A stretch of DNA of 64,000 nt from Eledone cirrhosa (taxonomy: Eukaryota). Below, piece after piece: positions 14,531-29,186 of the stretch. Numbering within the stretch: position 1 is the stretch's first letter; each line of letters starts with the position of its first letter. The translations under genes were made by a program, and so were the position numbers. The DNA lies in the NCBI GenBank assembly GCA_964016885.1, contig OZ024740.1, positions 273,172,001-273,236,000 on the forward strand, in the 5' to 3' direction. The notes under the pieces are model-generated. The model was not told the origin of the DNA. It did no database searches and saw only the letters and a list, made by a program, of their open reading frames with translations.

Positions 14531-15447
14531 TACTGAAACAACTGCTAGACAGTGCACATGTGGACGTGATATATCTTGACTTTACGAAGGCCTTTGACAA
14601 GGTCGACCACGGAATGATATGTCACAAACTACACAGACTCGGCATAACTAGAAAAGTAGGTGAGTGGCTGCATAACTTCTTAAAGGACAGAAGCCAGACA
14701 GTTGCAGTAAACGGGGCCCTCTCAAAGGAAATATCAATAACAAGTGGGATGCCCAAGGCACAGTCCTGGGACCACTACTGTTTTTGGTGGCTCTCTCAGA
14801 CATGCCCTCTGTAGTACATACAACATCCCTCACTAGCTATGCAGATGACACTAAGGTAGCACTGGTAATCAAAAACCAGGCTGACGCTGCCCTTTTACAA
14901 CATGATCTGGATGCCATATACAAATGGGCGGAAGACAACAACATGCAGTTTAATGCCGGCAAATTTGAAGCCCTACATTACAAACCTGCAAACACAAATA
15001 CAGTACAACACAGTTACACTGCATCAGGAGGGACCGAAATTCCCGTGTCGAAATCGATACGAGACCTGGGTATAGACATGAGTGACGATGCATCTTTTTT
15101 CTCACACATCATGAAAGTGGCGGCAATGTGTAAACGACTCGCTGGCAGGACCCTGAGGACTTTCCGGACAAGAGACCGAGACACCATGTTGACACTATGG
15201 AGGACATTTGTCCTAAGCCGCCTGGACTATTGCTCCCAGCTGTAGTCACTCCATAGTGTCAAAATAATCACGGAGCTTGAGGAAATCCAGCGAAGCTACA
15301 TCAAGAGGATTGCGACGATGAAGGAGATAAGCTACTGGGAGAGGCTAAAAGAACTGAACCAGCTGCTGAGGGATCTGAGAGACCTGCATGATGTGGACGT
15401 GGATGTTTTCAAATAACATCTCGACACCTTGCTATCCAGGATCCCGG

Positions 15448-15450
<3 letters not shown>
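14531..15450 (+). pseudogene. CR1/L2-group LINE reverse-transcriptase fragment
   Basis: DVIYLDFTKAFDKVDH, GxPQGTVLGP, YADDTK, LQHDL..W...N.MQFN..K, SRLDYC; frameshift and stops. Confidence 0.9.
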
Positions 15451-16943
<1,493 letters not shown>

Positions 16944-17623
16944 GGAAAAAATGAAACGATATTTCATTTCCCACTCTTAGTACGGCTGTTACTTAAATAT
17001 AAGTATGTACACGTACATACATATATGTATACCGACGTACAGTAGTATGTATATATATATATATATATATATACATACATGCACACATATATATACGCAC
17101 GTATGGATTCACCGAACATTTATTATAATGCTCGGTGTGTTTGTAAACAAACATCCCGTATTAAGCCGTAGTGCCTAGCAACCACCGTTGCTTGTTTGTT
17201 CAACACTGACAAAGAAACGGTGTACTAGTTTGAAGCTTGTTAGCTATCGTCATATATATATATATATAAATGTTATATTTTACATAGTCAACGTTGGTGA
17301 TGAGATATATATATATATATATATCTCATCACCAACGTTGACTATGTAAAATATAACATTAAACAAAGTAGTCCATGGCAAAATTAAAATAGTGAAACTC
17401 AACATCAATGCTGACAAGTGCAATATTTGAAATTGAACATGTTCTAGTCAACAGAGTTGAAAATCTATTGTAACAGATTTAATTGCTTGTTGTTTAAGTA
17501 GTTAGGATGAGTTACATCTCAACTATTAGAGCGGAATCTAGCATGTAATGGAAACTTAGAATATAAAAGAGATAGATTAGGAAATATATAACCACTTAGA
17601 AAGGTTAGGGATTCCTGGTGATG

Positions 17624-17678
<55 letters not shown>

Positions 17679-17710
17679 CATCATTATTATTATTATTATT
17701 ATTATTATTA

Positions 17711-20700
17711 CAGTTGCATTTATCTTGCTTTATGTTAATACGAGTTATCACCAAGTCACAACCAGTGACCTCAAGAGACAATAAGGTCCGCCATGTTCAA
17801 GAAAGAACATACATACTCACACATGCATCTTTAGTGTTTAGACTTGTAATGTACTTATATTGACAGAATCTTCCTTAGTATATGGGCAGTTCCCATTAGT
17901 ACTATCTTTTGTATTTCTCCTATACGCGGGTTTCCTGGGATTTGCGATAAGTAATCATTAGACCCCTTAGGTATCATTCCCAGAGCGCCTACAACCACTG
18001 GTATTGTTTTAGTTCTCAATTTCCACATTTTTCCAATTTCTATCTCCAGGTCCTTATATTTGCTCAATTTTTCAAATGTTTTTATAGATACATTCTTGTC
18101 TATTGGAATGTACATATCAATTAGCAGGCATACCCTCTTTTTAAAGTCCTTCAATATTATATCAGGTCTATTTGCATCTATTTTTCGGTCTGTTTGGATG
18201 CTAAAGTTCCACAAGATTGAGATGTGATCTTTTTCAAGTATGGGAGGTGGTTGATGCTCCCACCAATTGTTTTGTTGGGGCAGGTCAAAATGCTTACACA
18301 TTATCCAATGTATGTATTGTGCAGCTCTATCATGCCTGTTTAGGTATTCGGTTGGAGCTATAGGACTGCACATTGAAATTATATGGTCAATGGTCTCTGG
18401 TTGTTTTTTGCATACACCGCATAATGGGCTGCATCCATTTTTTATGATGTTGGCTTGGTAATTTTTTGTTGGCAGACACTGATCTTGTGCTGATATAATC
18501 AGTCCTTCGGTCTCCGATTTCAGTCCAGAGGATGCCAACCACTGATGGGTTAAAGTTTTGTCAACATCAGGATTGTTAGCTCGTTCTGGGTATTTTCCAT
18601 TCAGAGGCTTTTCTTGCCATTTCTTAGCCAGTTTCTGTAGCAGTTTTTTCTTTGCAGTTACTTTTACCTGCTTTGCTTTTTCTGTGTTTTCCATTTCAGC
18701 AGTAAATGGGACTTCTGAAATGTGTAGTCCATTACTGTATCTTTGTGCATCTTTTGTAATGGAATATGATCTTTTGATGCTTTCGTGTTTCAAAACGAGT
18801 TTGATCATCCAATCATGTGATTCCCTTAGATATGTAGATAATCTAATTGTTGCAGTTTTCAACGCAATGTCTAACTGGATTAACCCACGTCCTCCTTCTT
18901 TCCTAGGGAGATATATTCTATCTATATCTGCCTTAGGGTGATGCATTCTGTGCATGGTTAAGAATTTTAGAATGTTTGTATCGAGCCTACGGATCTCTGT
19001 GCTTGACCAGTTGATAACATTGTAACTGTAGGTTACTACTGGTATGGCAAGCGTGTTTATGGCATCGATCCTATTCCTTGCATTCAATTCCGTTCTTAAG
19101 ATTGCTCTTACTGCGGTAACATTCCTTCCTTATCCTTTCCCTCATTGTCGAGTGCTTGATTCCGTCTCCTTCACAGACACCTAGATATTTGTAAGTTTTT
19201 TCTTGATCAAGTTCTCTTATCACGTTCCCCCGATCAAGATTAATGTCTGAACTCTTCAGCAGCTTTCCTCTGGTGAACGTTGCTTTGGCGCATTTATCTA
19301 GTCCAAACTCCATTTTAATGTCATCACTGAACTGCTCCACAGTGGATAATAGCCCTTGCAATTGTTCATCATTTTTTGCAAATAGTTTCAGGTCATCCAT
19401 GTAGAACAAGTGATTAATGGTTTTGTCATAGACTTTATATCCATGTTTTGTTTCATTGAGCATTTTACTTAATGGTATAAGCGCGATACAGAATAAAAGC
19501 GGTGATAAAGAGTCACCCTGAAAGATTCCACAATTAATATTAACTTCTCCAGCTTCCAGTGATTTTGTTTCACTATTCAAAAGGAGTGTCATTTTCCATG
19601 TCTTCATACTGAATGATAAAAACCTCCTGACAACGGGGGATATTTTGAAAATCTCTAAACATTTTTCAATCCAACTGTGTGGCAAACTATCGAATGCTTT
19701 TTTATAATCTATCCAAGCAATTGATAGATTTTTGTGTCTATTATGACAATCTTCCAGTATCATTTTTTTAACCAAAAGCTGATCCTTACAGCCATATGAG
19801 CCTCGTTTACACCCTTTCTGCTCAATGGGAAATAGGTCATTTGTTATCAGGTGGTCATATGTATATTCAGTTAGGACTGATGTTAAAATTTCATACATTG
19901 TGGTCAAGCAAGTTATCGGTCTGTAATTTTTGGCAGTTTGTCTCATCATTCTTCGGAAGCAGGAATGTAATGCCGTTAACTAGCCATGATAGTATCTTTT
20001 CTGCCTCCTTAATTATTTCATTGTAAAGTTGGGCTAACAGCTCATGAGACTCTGTGAAGGCATTTATCCAAAAAATTTGTATTTTGTCTTTTCCTGGGGA
20101 TTTCCATTTGCTGGTTTTTCTTAGAGCCAAGCGCAACTGTTCAACTGTTATATTTTCCCATATTTGTTCCTCAAGTGAATTTTTTTTCGGCCCAGATCTT
20201 TTCCCAGAATTCTTGCACTTCCTCCTTGGGTGGTATTGATTTAGCAGTTATTGTTGACTTACCAATTTTTCTGTAGAAGTTTCTTTGGTTGTTTTTTAAC
20301 ATATTATTGTCCTTATAGAATCTAGATCGTTTTTCAAAGCGCCTTATACGAGCAGCTTTGGCCGACACTTTTTGCTTGATTATTTCTATCAGCATGTTTT
20401 ATGTCACTTGTTGATTTTATACTGTACTTTCTTTTCAATTTTCTAAGTTTAGTTTGTTTAACATGTTCACCTACTTTATAGTTTGTTAAAATTTCTATGT
20501 CAGATCGGAGAAGGTTTATTTGGCGATTGATGTTCTCTTGCCAAGTAGATTTCTTGTGGGAATTCCTTTGTTTTTTCATCTTCACTCCACATACGTGAGT
20601 GGTGACTTTAGCCGATGTATAATAGAGATGATTTAAATCAGTAATGTTTAGTTTGTTTGTGATGATAATGTTTTTGAGAATTATGTTAGTCTTGTGTATT

Positions 20701-21635
20701 ATCTTTTGGTTCTGTTTGGAGTTCTGGATCTTAGAGACGGTGTCTCGTTGCCCCATGTCAGATTCTTTCATTTTCATCCATTCGATCATAATTTCATCCT
20801 TCAAGTTGGCAAGTTCATTCTCATTCATTTCTTTATCATTTACGATCTCATTATTTTCATTTGGAGTTTCATCTTGAGCATGCACTCCCTCCACTTGTTC
20901 GATCCTTTCTTTAATTTGTTCTGTTGCCAGTGATTCCGCCCCAAACCTGGGATTCGAAATGTTACAATTTACCTCGTTTTCACTGACACATGTTTCATTT
21001 TCCCTTCGCTGACTTTGTGCTACTAGCTTGATCTGATCAATTTCTATATCAGTTAGTAACTTTTTTTTTACAATATTTCTTCGTATATTGGCTAGTTTGT
21101 TACTGTCAATATAGCCTCTGTTTTCGGGATGTTTCTTTTTCCAGATGATATATGTCTGTTCTTTATTCAATGTATTTGATGGGTAGTACCTGGCAGTGTA
21201 GAAAGCCTCAAGGACTTCTTTATTATCTTCCCTTGACCATTTTCTCTCTTTTTCTTTGGATTTCTTGGTGGTGAGCATGGAGGGCCAACAGTAGGAGTAT
21301 TCCGGCTGTGGGAGGTCTCCAGCTCCGAAGTGATGGGAAGGTTTGAACCATTAGCTGATTTTTCGACCCCAGTCTGGTTCCTCTCTGAGGGACGCGGCCC
21401 TTTTTCACCCGGGTGACGGCCGATCCGGTATGAGATTTTATCATTAGACATTTACTTTATTTTGTCGCGTTTTATCCTTATCCGCCAAGGGGTAATCATT
21501 TCGTGTTACCACTTCTAGAACGAGTGTCAACCAAGACTAGAGGAGTCGTTCTCCCTTAGAGACACGGCTATTCCCCGCCGGCCGCCATCCCGGTATTTCT
21601 TGGTCACGGGGTTTTCTTTTTTGTTGTTTTTTAAA
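17711..21635 (-). mobile_element. Near full-length R4/Dong-clade non-LTR retrotransposon (frameshifted ORF 21451 to 17855)
   Basis: N-terminal RKWSREDN..L..IRRNI..LTDIEI; KSPGKD, NYRPITCL, GIFQGDSLSPLLF, HLFYMDDLKLF; CCHC (CGVC..ET.DHI...C), RHD, RPDIIL..D..K..KY; flanked by (TAA)n. Confidence 0.93.
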
Positions 21636-21662
21636 TTGTTATTATTATTATTATTATTATTA

Positions 21663-22924
21663 CAGTTGCATTTATCTTGCTTTATGTTCATACGAGTTAT
21701 CACCAAGTCACAACCAGTGACCTCAAGAGACAACAAGGTCCGCCATGTTCAAGAAAGAACATACATACTCATACGTGCATCTTTAGTGTTTAGACTTGTG
21801 ATGTACTTATATTGACAGAATCTTCCTTAGTATATGAGCAGTTCCCATTAGTACTATCTTTTGTACTTCTCCTATACGCGGGTTTCCTGGATTTGCGATA
21901 AGTAATCATTAGACCCCTTAGGTATCATTCCCAGAGCGCCTACAACCACTGGTATTGTTTTAGTTCTCAATTTCCACATTTTTCCAATTTCTATCTCCAG
22001 GTCCTTATACTTGCTCTATTTTTCAAATGTTTTTATAGATACATTCTTGTCTATTGGAACGGACATATCAATTAGCAGGCATACCGTCTTTTTAAAGTCC
22101 TTCAATATTATATCAGGTCTATTTGCATTTATTTTTTGGTCTGTTTGGATGCTAAAGTCCCACAAGATTGAGATGTGATCTTTTTCAAGTATGGGAGGTG
22201 GTTGATGCTCCCACCAATTCTTTTGATGGGGCAGGTCAAAATGCTTACACATTATCCAATGTATGTATTGTGCAGCTCTGTCATGCCTGTTTAGGTATTC
22301 GGTTGGAGCTATAGGACTGCACATTGAAATTATATGGTCAATGGTCTCTGGTTGTTTTTTGCATACACGGCATAATGGGCTGCATCCATTTTTTTATTAT
22401 GTTGGCTTGGTAATTTTTTGTTGGCAGACACTGATCTTGTGCTGATATAATCAGTCCTTCAGTCTCCGATTTCAGTCCAGAGGATGCCAACCACTGATAG
22501 GTTAAGGTTTTGTAACCATCAGGATTGTTAGCTCGCTCTGGGTATTTTCCATACAGAGGTTTTCCTTGCCATTTCTTAGCCAGTTTCTGTAGCAGTTCTT
22601 TCTTTGCAGTTACTTTTACCTGCTTTGTTTTTTCTGTGTTTTCCATTTCAGCAGTAAATGGGACTTCTGAAATTTGTAGTCCATTACTGTATCTTTGTGC
22701 ATCTTTTGTAATGGAATATGATCTTTTGATGCTTTCGTGCTTCAAAACGAGTTTGATCATCCAATCATGTGATTCCCTTAGATATGTAGATAATCCAATT
22801 GTTGCAGTTTTCAACGCAATGTCTAACTGGATTAACCCACGTCCTCCTTCTTTCCTAGGGAGATATAGTCTATCTATATCTGCCTTAGGGTGATGCATTC
22901 TGTGCATGGTTAAGAGTTTTCGAA

Positions 22925-22925
<1 letters not shown>
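21663..22925 (-). mobile_element. 5'-truncated copy (1.26 kb) of the same Dong-like element
   Basis: High identity to 17711-18970; (TAA)n on both sides. Confidence 0.93.
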
Positions 22926-22957
<32 letters not shown>

Positions 22958-22962
22958 GATTA

Positions 22963-23973
22963 CAGTTGCATTTATCTTGCTTTATGTTCATACTAGTTAT
23001 CACCAAGTCACAACCAGTGACCTCAAGAGACAACAAGGTCCGCCATGTTCAAGAAAGAACATACATACTCACACATGCATCTTTAGTGTTTAGACTTGTG
23101 ATGTACTTATATTGACAGAATCTTCCTTAGTATATGGGCAGTTCCCATTAGTACTATCTTTTGTATTTCTCCTATACGCGGGTTTCCTGGGATTTGCGAT
23201 AAGTAACCATTAGACCCCTTAGGTATCATTCCCAGAGCGCCTACAACCACTGGTATTGTTTTAGTTCTCAATTTCCACATTTTTCCAATTTCTATTATTA
23301 TTATTTGCATTTATCTTGCTTTATGTTCATACGAGTTATCACCAAGTCACAACCAGTGACCTCAAGAGACAACAAGGTCCGCCATGTTCAAGAAAGAACA
23401 TACATACTCACACATGCATCTTTAGTGTTTAGACTTGTGATGTACTTATATTGACAGAATCTTCCTTAGTATATGGGCAGTTTCCATTAGTACTATCTTT
23501 TGTATTTCTCCTATACGCGGGTTTCCTGGGATTTGCGATAAGTAACCATTAGACCCCTTAGGTATCATTCCCAGAGCGCCTACAACCACTGGTATTGTTT
23601 TAGTTCTCAATTTCCACATTTTTCCAATTTCTATTATTATTATTTGCATTTATCTTGCTTTATGTTCATACGAGTTATCACCAAGTCACAACCAGTGACC
23701 TCAAGAGACAACAAGGTCCGCCATGTTCAAGAAAGAACATACATACTCACACATGCATCTTTAGTGTTTAGACTTGTGATGTACTTATATTGACAGAATC
23801 TTCCTTAGTATATGGGCAGTTCCCATTAGTACTATCTTTTGTATTTCTCCTATACGCGGGTTTCCTGGGATTTGCGATAAGTAATCATTAGACCCCTTAG
23901 GTATCATTCCCAGAGCGCCTACAACCACTGGTATTGTTTTAGTTATCAATTTCCACATTTTTCCAATTTCTAT
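22963..23973 (-). repeat. Three tandem 339-bp units of the Dong-like 3' end
   Basis: ORF ends at 23107, 23446 and 23785 (period 339); identical truncation point in all three. Confidence 0.93.
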
Positions 23974-23978
23974 TATTA

Positions 23979-24055
<77 letters not shown>

Positions 24056-24056
<1 letters not shown>

Positions 24057-24152
24057 GGGGTCGATAAAATAAAGTACCAGTCACGCACTGGGGTCGATTT
24101 AATCGACTTCCCCCCCCCCAAATGACTGGCCTTGTGCCTACATAAGAAACCA
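24056..24152 (+). mobile_element. SINE 3' half
   Basis: ACGGGGTCGATAAAATAAAGTACCAG...GGCCTTGTGCCTA..AGAAACCATT. Confidence 0.8.
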
Positions 24153-24166
24153 TTATTATTATTTTT

Positions 24167-24280
24167 TATTACATCCTCTGTTTTTTTTACACGCAGAAAT
24201 GCCCATTTGTACCGTCCTGTATTGTCCTGTACTGTCCTTAATGTCTACTTTATGTAAACCCTTGTGGTTAATAAAGAAAG

Positions 24281-24281
<1 letters not shown>
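24167..24281 (+). mobile_element. Tx1/L1-like LINE 3' end with (ATT)n tail
   Basis: Shared 3' UTR ...AAACCCTTGTGGTTAATAAAGAAAGC(ATT)n; four copies in the window. Confidence 0.7.
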
Positions 24282-24377
<96 letters not shown>

Positions 24378-27125
24378 TGTTGTTGTTGTTGTGGTTATTG
24401 TTCATGGTGGTGAACAAAAATTCAACTCTTTCTTAGCATTCAAATCCTGTGAGTGTCAACGTTGCCTTTCAACCCTCCGTGTCATTAGTCAATTAAGTGG
24501 GACCTTTATATAGCTACTCGTATTGCAAGAAGTGGTAACTAAATTTTCACCAAAGCTCATACTACAGTCGTAAAGATGAAAGTCGCATTGGATAATGTAA
24601 CCATGATGCACTATCCCCGTATAAAAAAACAAGAAGGTCAAAGCTATAACAGATTTTATAGTACATCTGATAGGGATATATTTATGGATGCATTGTTATA
24701 AGGATGGTTATAGTAGCAATTTAGCGTTGGGTTTGTTTGTTTTTCACATGATTAAGTCAGAAGATAAAAAAGACTGTACTATTGTCATTTTCACGGTTTC
24801 TGGGTCAGATTCAAAGGATGGTTGGAAATATTCAGGTTTTCTGTGATTGATTCAAAGAGAGTTAGTATGTTTACAGTTGCAGAAAGATTTCAAATTGTGG
24901 TGTGGAAAAGTCATCCTAATAGTCGAAGAACACATCTTTCATATTAAAAATGCTTGGATAAAGCTAACAAGTGCTTATATAGTGAAAACATGTGTTATCT
25001 TAGATGCAGTAATGAGATGTGTGTTGATATTCTTATTTAAATATGAATATGTTTCTTGAACCACTTTTGGTAAAGTTCTTGGTAACATTGGACAAATAAA
25101 TTTTGGCCAGGTTGGCAATCATATGAGGCCATGAATTTATAGGGGAAAGAAATGTTGAAGTTGTATAATTTGGAGCCCATTTCAACAAAAAACGAAGATA
25201 TATCTAAATTGGATCATACAATTAGATCTCTGTGACTGATCCCTGCTGCCATATATGTATTTCGTTATGTCTCATAGGTTACCGTAGTGAGAAGCAATGT
25301 ATCCAAATATCAAGTTATTCACTGATTAGAAACCTGTTCTGAATGTATGTAACTGTATGGTTGCATTAAAACTAACCAAAGGGTACATAACAGTTTATAA
25401 GCAGAAGATATAATCTGATCAAGCAGATCTATAGTCAAAGATATACCGTTATGGACATGTTTTACAGACATGATATATCTAAGACTATACACTTTATGTT
25501 CCTCCCTTTTAAAGAAAGTAAGGCGTAATTCAAGTGAAATGCAGTGGTATTTCCTGCACATCGAACCACCACATAGAGGCTTCCTAGTTAGAGGCTTCCT
25601 AGTTTTCCTTATTCTCAGGACAAGTGTCATATTTAGTTGGTAGCTGATTCTCACCAGGTTTCAACAATTATACTATTAGTTCCATTATTAATGTAGTCAA
25701 TAGAATCATTCATTTTTTATGAACCTTTTAGCTGGCAACGCGTCTCAATTAAGCAAATAGTCATAACTATGACTACATGTGCTCTTCTATATATATATAG
25801 GGTCTTTATTTGAACGACCTTTTACTGCTATTTCTGGTGGAGTCAATAACCATGTAGAGGTTTCTCCATTGATTTGTGTCACCATTATTGTGCTGGAGAT
25901 TGAATCCATTATCAAGTTGTTGAACACTGGAATGACATTGACTTCTAACCATAAGCTCATCGAGGCAATATATTCGTCTGTTATAGACCGTAGAAACACT
26001 GAGAAATTGATGAGTGTTTTATTATTAACTTTTGGTACTATGGTTCATCATTATCATCATCATCATCACGTCCATTTTTCATCATCACGTCCATTTTTTC
26101 TCCCGTTAGACGAGTTATCTCATTGTGAGACAAGTCAAATCAGACGAATGTGTCTTGCTCACACAGAACTGTTTCTGGTTTGGTTTCTATGGCCGAATGC
26201 ACCCTGCCGAACGCCAATAGGCTGACTTGTAATAGATGTATTAAATGTGGGTTACGTGACTCAGCATGCACCTTTATAAATCTGAATTGCCTTTGCAAAA
26301 GAAACCCGTTACATCTACTGGAGCATGTACAAATAAACTGAGAAGAGAATTCTTGTTTTGTTGTTATTCTTTGGTCACTTGTTAATTTGTGTTTTCTTTT
26401 AATTATTTCTTTATTTTATTTTTGTTTTTCTTGGCTGTTATACGTTCAAGGATGGTTGACCTTTTGACTGCCAAATATATGATGCATGTGATGTCAAAAT
26501 TATATTCTTTTAAATTTTCTGTTAGCTAACACATATGTATGTATGTTATATGTATCTATATGTATGTATATGCACTCTAATAAACGCACACATCCACACA
26601 CACACATATACACACAATTATACATTTATGTATATATATATATAGAAATATATATATATATATAATATTAATATGAATAGATAATATTGTAATATTAATA
26701 TATCAAAGTTATAAAAGCATAACTGTATATAGATAAGTGCTGGTTTGGATATGAGACAGGGACCTTCTTTACAAGAGCTTCCAACTCCTTCACTTGAAAC
26801 ATTTGATCCAGTCCAACACATTTCACTTTTTTTCTTCAGCAATCTTTTAATCTTAATCATGACAAACAGGTTTGAAGGCAAAATAAATGAAGTGCAATGG
26901 AGTAAGATTGATCCAAAAATTACACAATCAATATCACACTTAAAATTGTTTAAATTCTAAGAAGAATATATATAAAAATTAAAAAGTTTTCCTCTACTTT
27001 TACTATAACATATTTTCCTGACGTTTTTTATATTTATTGGAAAATCTACCGCACTGTCATACATACTCTTCCTCATTCACTTAAAAATATATGCATACAT
27101 AGATTTATGTGTTCATATGCATTGG

Positions 27126-27165
<40 letters not shown>

Positions 27166-27740
27166 CATACATATATATACATATGGGCATGTATATATAT
27201 ACACACACACATATATATATAGGCATGTATATACATATATATATATACACACACATATATATATATAGGCATGTATATATATATATATATGTATATATAT
27301 ATACTCATATATATATATATATATACGTATATATGTATATACTCATATACATACATGTGTATATGTAAACATATATATAATAATTATATACATGTATATT
27401 ACATAAATATATATAAATACATACATAAAACACACACACAAACGCGCACACATATATATATATATATATACAAACATATGCATTTAACTTTCTATCTGCT
27501 CTATGCAATTGTATGCTTAAATGATTGTTCACTTCCAAGCATTTAATAGAGAAATCACATACACACATACATTAACATATACATGCGTACTAGTGAATTA
27601 GCATATGCTCATATGCAGTTTTTCATACAAAGAAAACCAATCATTCTCACAAACAGTTCCATCCACATGAATGCATGCTCAAAGACATACGCATACACAC
27701 ATAGACATGCTTTAAAAGAAGATAAAATAAGCAATCAACC

Positions 27741-27782
<42 letters not shown>

Positions 27783-27786
<4 letters not shown>

Positions 27787-28353
27787 TCTTTATTAACCAC
27801 AAGGGTCTACATAAAGTAGACATTAAGGACAGTACAGGACAATACAGGGCGGTACAAATGGGCATTTCTGCGTGTAAAAAAACAAGAAACAGAGGATATA
27901 ATAATAGAACAATGAAAAGATTCCCCAATAGGGGGGAGACTTCCGAGGGATATTCGTGGAGAAAGCCCATTAAAAAGCCACAGTGACCCTGACCACCAGG
28001 GCAAGTGCCCTCTCCCAGTTTTCAACCTTTAATTTACAGGCACATACTCAAGGTAGGCCCATTCACTCGGGCCATTCTTGCCTCTCTCACCCATCTTTCA
28101 ACAAAATGCTGGGAAGAGAGCACTTCCCTTTCTACCCTGATTTTCCTTTTCAAATGAAATTTGAAAAAGTTAATCAGGGCATCACCGAAGAGGTAACTGC
28201 TCGTCTTCAGCCCTTTCAAACGTGTCCACCATACTATCTCTTTCGACATGTCCACCAGACAGATAAAAACTGCCTGCCCTTCCCGGCTAAAGGAAGAGGG
28301 CGGGGCAATCCTCACGATGGACTCAGCTGATAGCCGGATCCGTCCTACACGCG
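27783..28353 (-). mobile_element. Tx1/L1-like LINE 3' fragment (ORF2 C-terminus + 3' UTR)
   Basis: ORF 28034-28315 (KEIVWWTR...FVERW) followed by the shared 3' UTR and (ATT)n. Clade assignment is by resemblance only. Confidence 0.6.
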
Positions 28354-28359
28354 AATAAT

Positions 28360-28542
28360 GCTTTCTTTATTAATCACAAGGGTTTACACAAAGTAGACAT
28401 TAAGGACAGCACAGGACAATATAGGACGGTACAAAGTGGCATTTCTGCGTGTAAAAAAACAAAAAACAGAGGATGTAATTAAAAGAACAATAAAAAATTC
28501 CCCAATTGGGGGGAGACTTTCGAGGGCCATCGTGGAGAAAGC
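28360..28542 (-). mobile_element. Same LINE 3' UTR, shorter copy
   Basis: Homologous to 27783-27965. Confidence 0.7.
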
Positions 28543-28707
28543 AATTGTTTCTACTTCTTGGCATAAGGCCAAAAATTTACACAGTGTATTACTGGTACTT
28601 AATTTTATCGACCCCATAAGGTCGGATTTGAACTCAGAATGGCAAGGGCCGTAACTCTATGCGTCAAAGCATGGCGTCCGACCCTCTACCGATACTGCCA
28701 ATCCGCC
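28543..28707 (-). mobile_element. SINE
   Basis: Homologous to 52-227, with the head GGCGGATTGGCAGTATCGGTAGAG. Confidence 0.85.
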
Positions 28708-28715
28708 AACGAGTA

Positions 28716-29186
28716 AAAGAAGAAGAAGAAGAAGAAGAAGAAGAAGAAGAAGAAGAAGAAGAAGAAGAAGAAGAAGAAGAAGAAGAAGAAGAAGAAGAAG
28801 AAGAAGAAGAAGGATATGATAATAAAGAAGAGGAAGACGGAGAAGAAGAAGAAAAGGTAGAAGAAAGATGTGAAGAAGAAGGAGAAGTAGAAGAAGAAGA
28901 AGAAGAAGGATGTGATAATAAAGAAGAGGAAGACGGAGAAGAAGAAGAAGAAAAGGTAGAAGAAAGATGTGAAGAAGAAGGAGAAGTAGAAGAAGAAGAC
29001 GAAGAAGAAGAAGAAGGAGAAGAAGAAGAACATCTCATGTCTTTTATCACTGTATCATCAATATTACTATATCATGATCGCCATCTTTGTAGGTATCTTC
29101 TTCTTCTTCTTCTTCTTCTTCTTCTTCTTCTTCTTCTTCTTCTTCTTCTTCTTCTTCTTCTTCTTCTTCTTCTTCTTCTTCTTCTT
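28716..29186. repeat. (GAA)n, a duplicated ~97-bp GAA-rich unit, then inverted (CTT)n
   Basis: (GAA)n 28716-28811 and (CTT)n 29097-29186. Confidence 0.95.

Noticed and set aside
21455-21635. HDV-like ribozyme in the Dong-like 5' UTR
   Set aside because: GC-rich hairpins are present, but I could not assemble the nested double pseudoknot by eye; needs a descriptor search.
22963-23973. CRISPR-like array
   Set aside because: Units are whole LINE 3' ends with no unique spacers; eukaryotic context.
26735-26960. Possible host exon (open on both strands)
   Set aside because: No recognisable domain and no matched splice-site pair.
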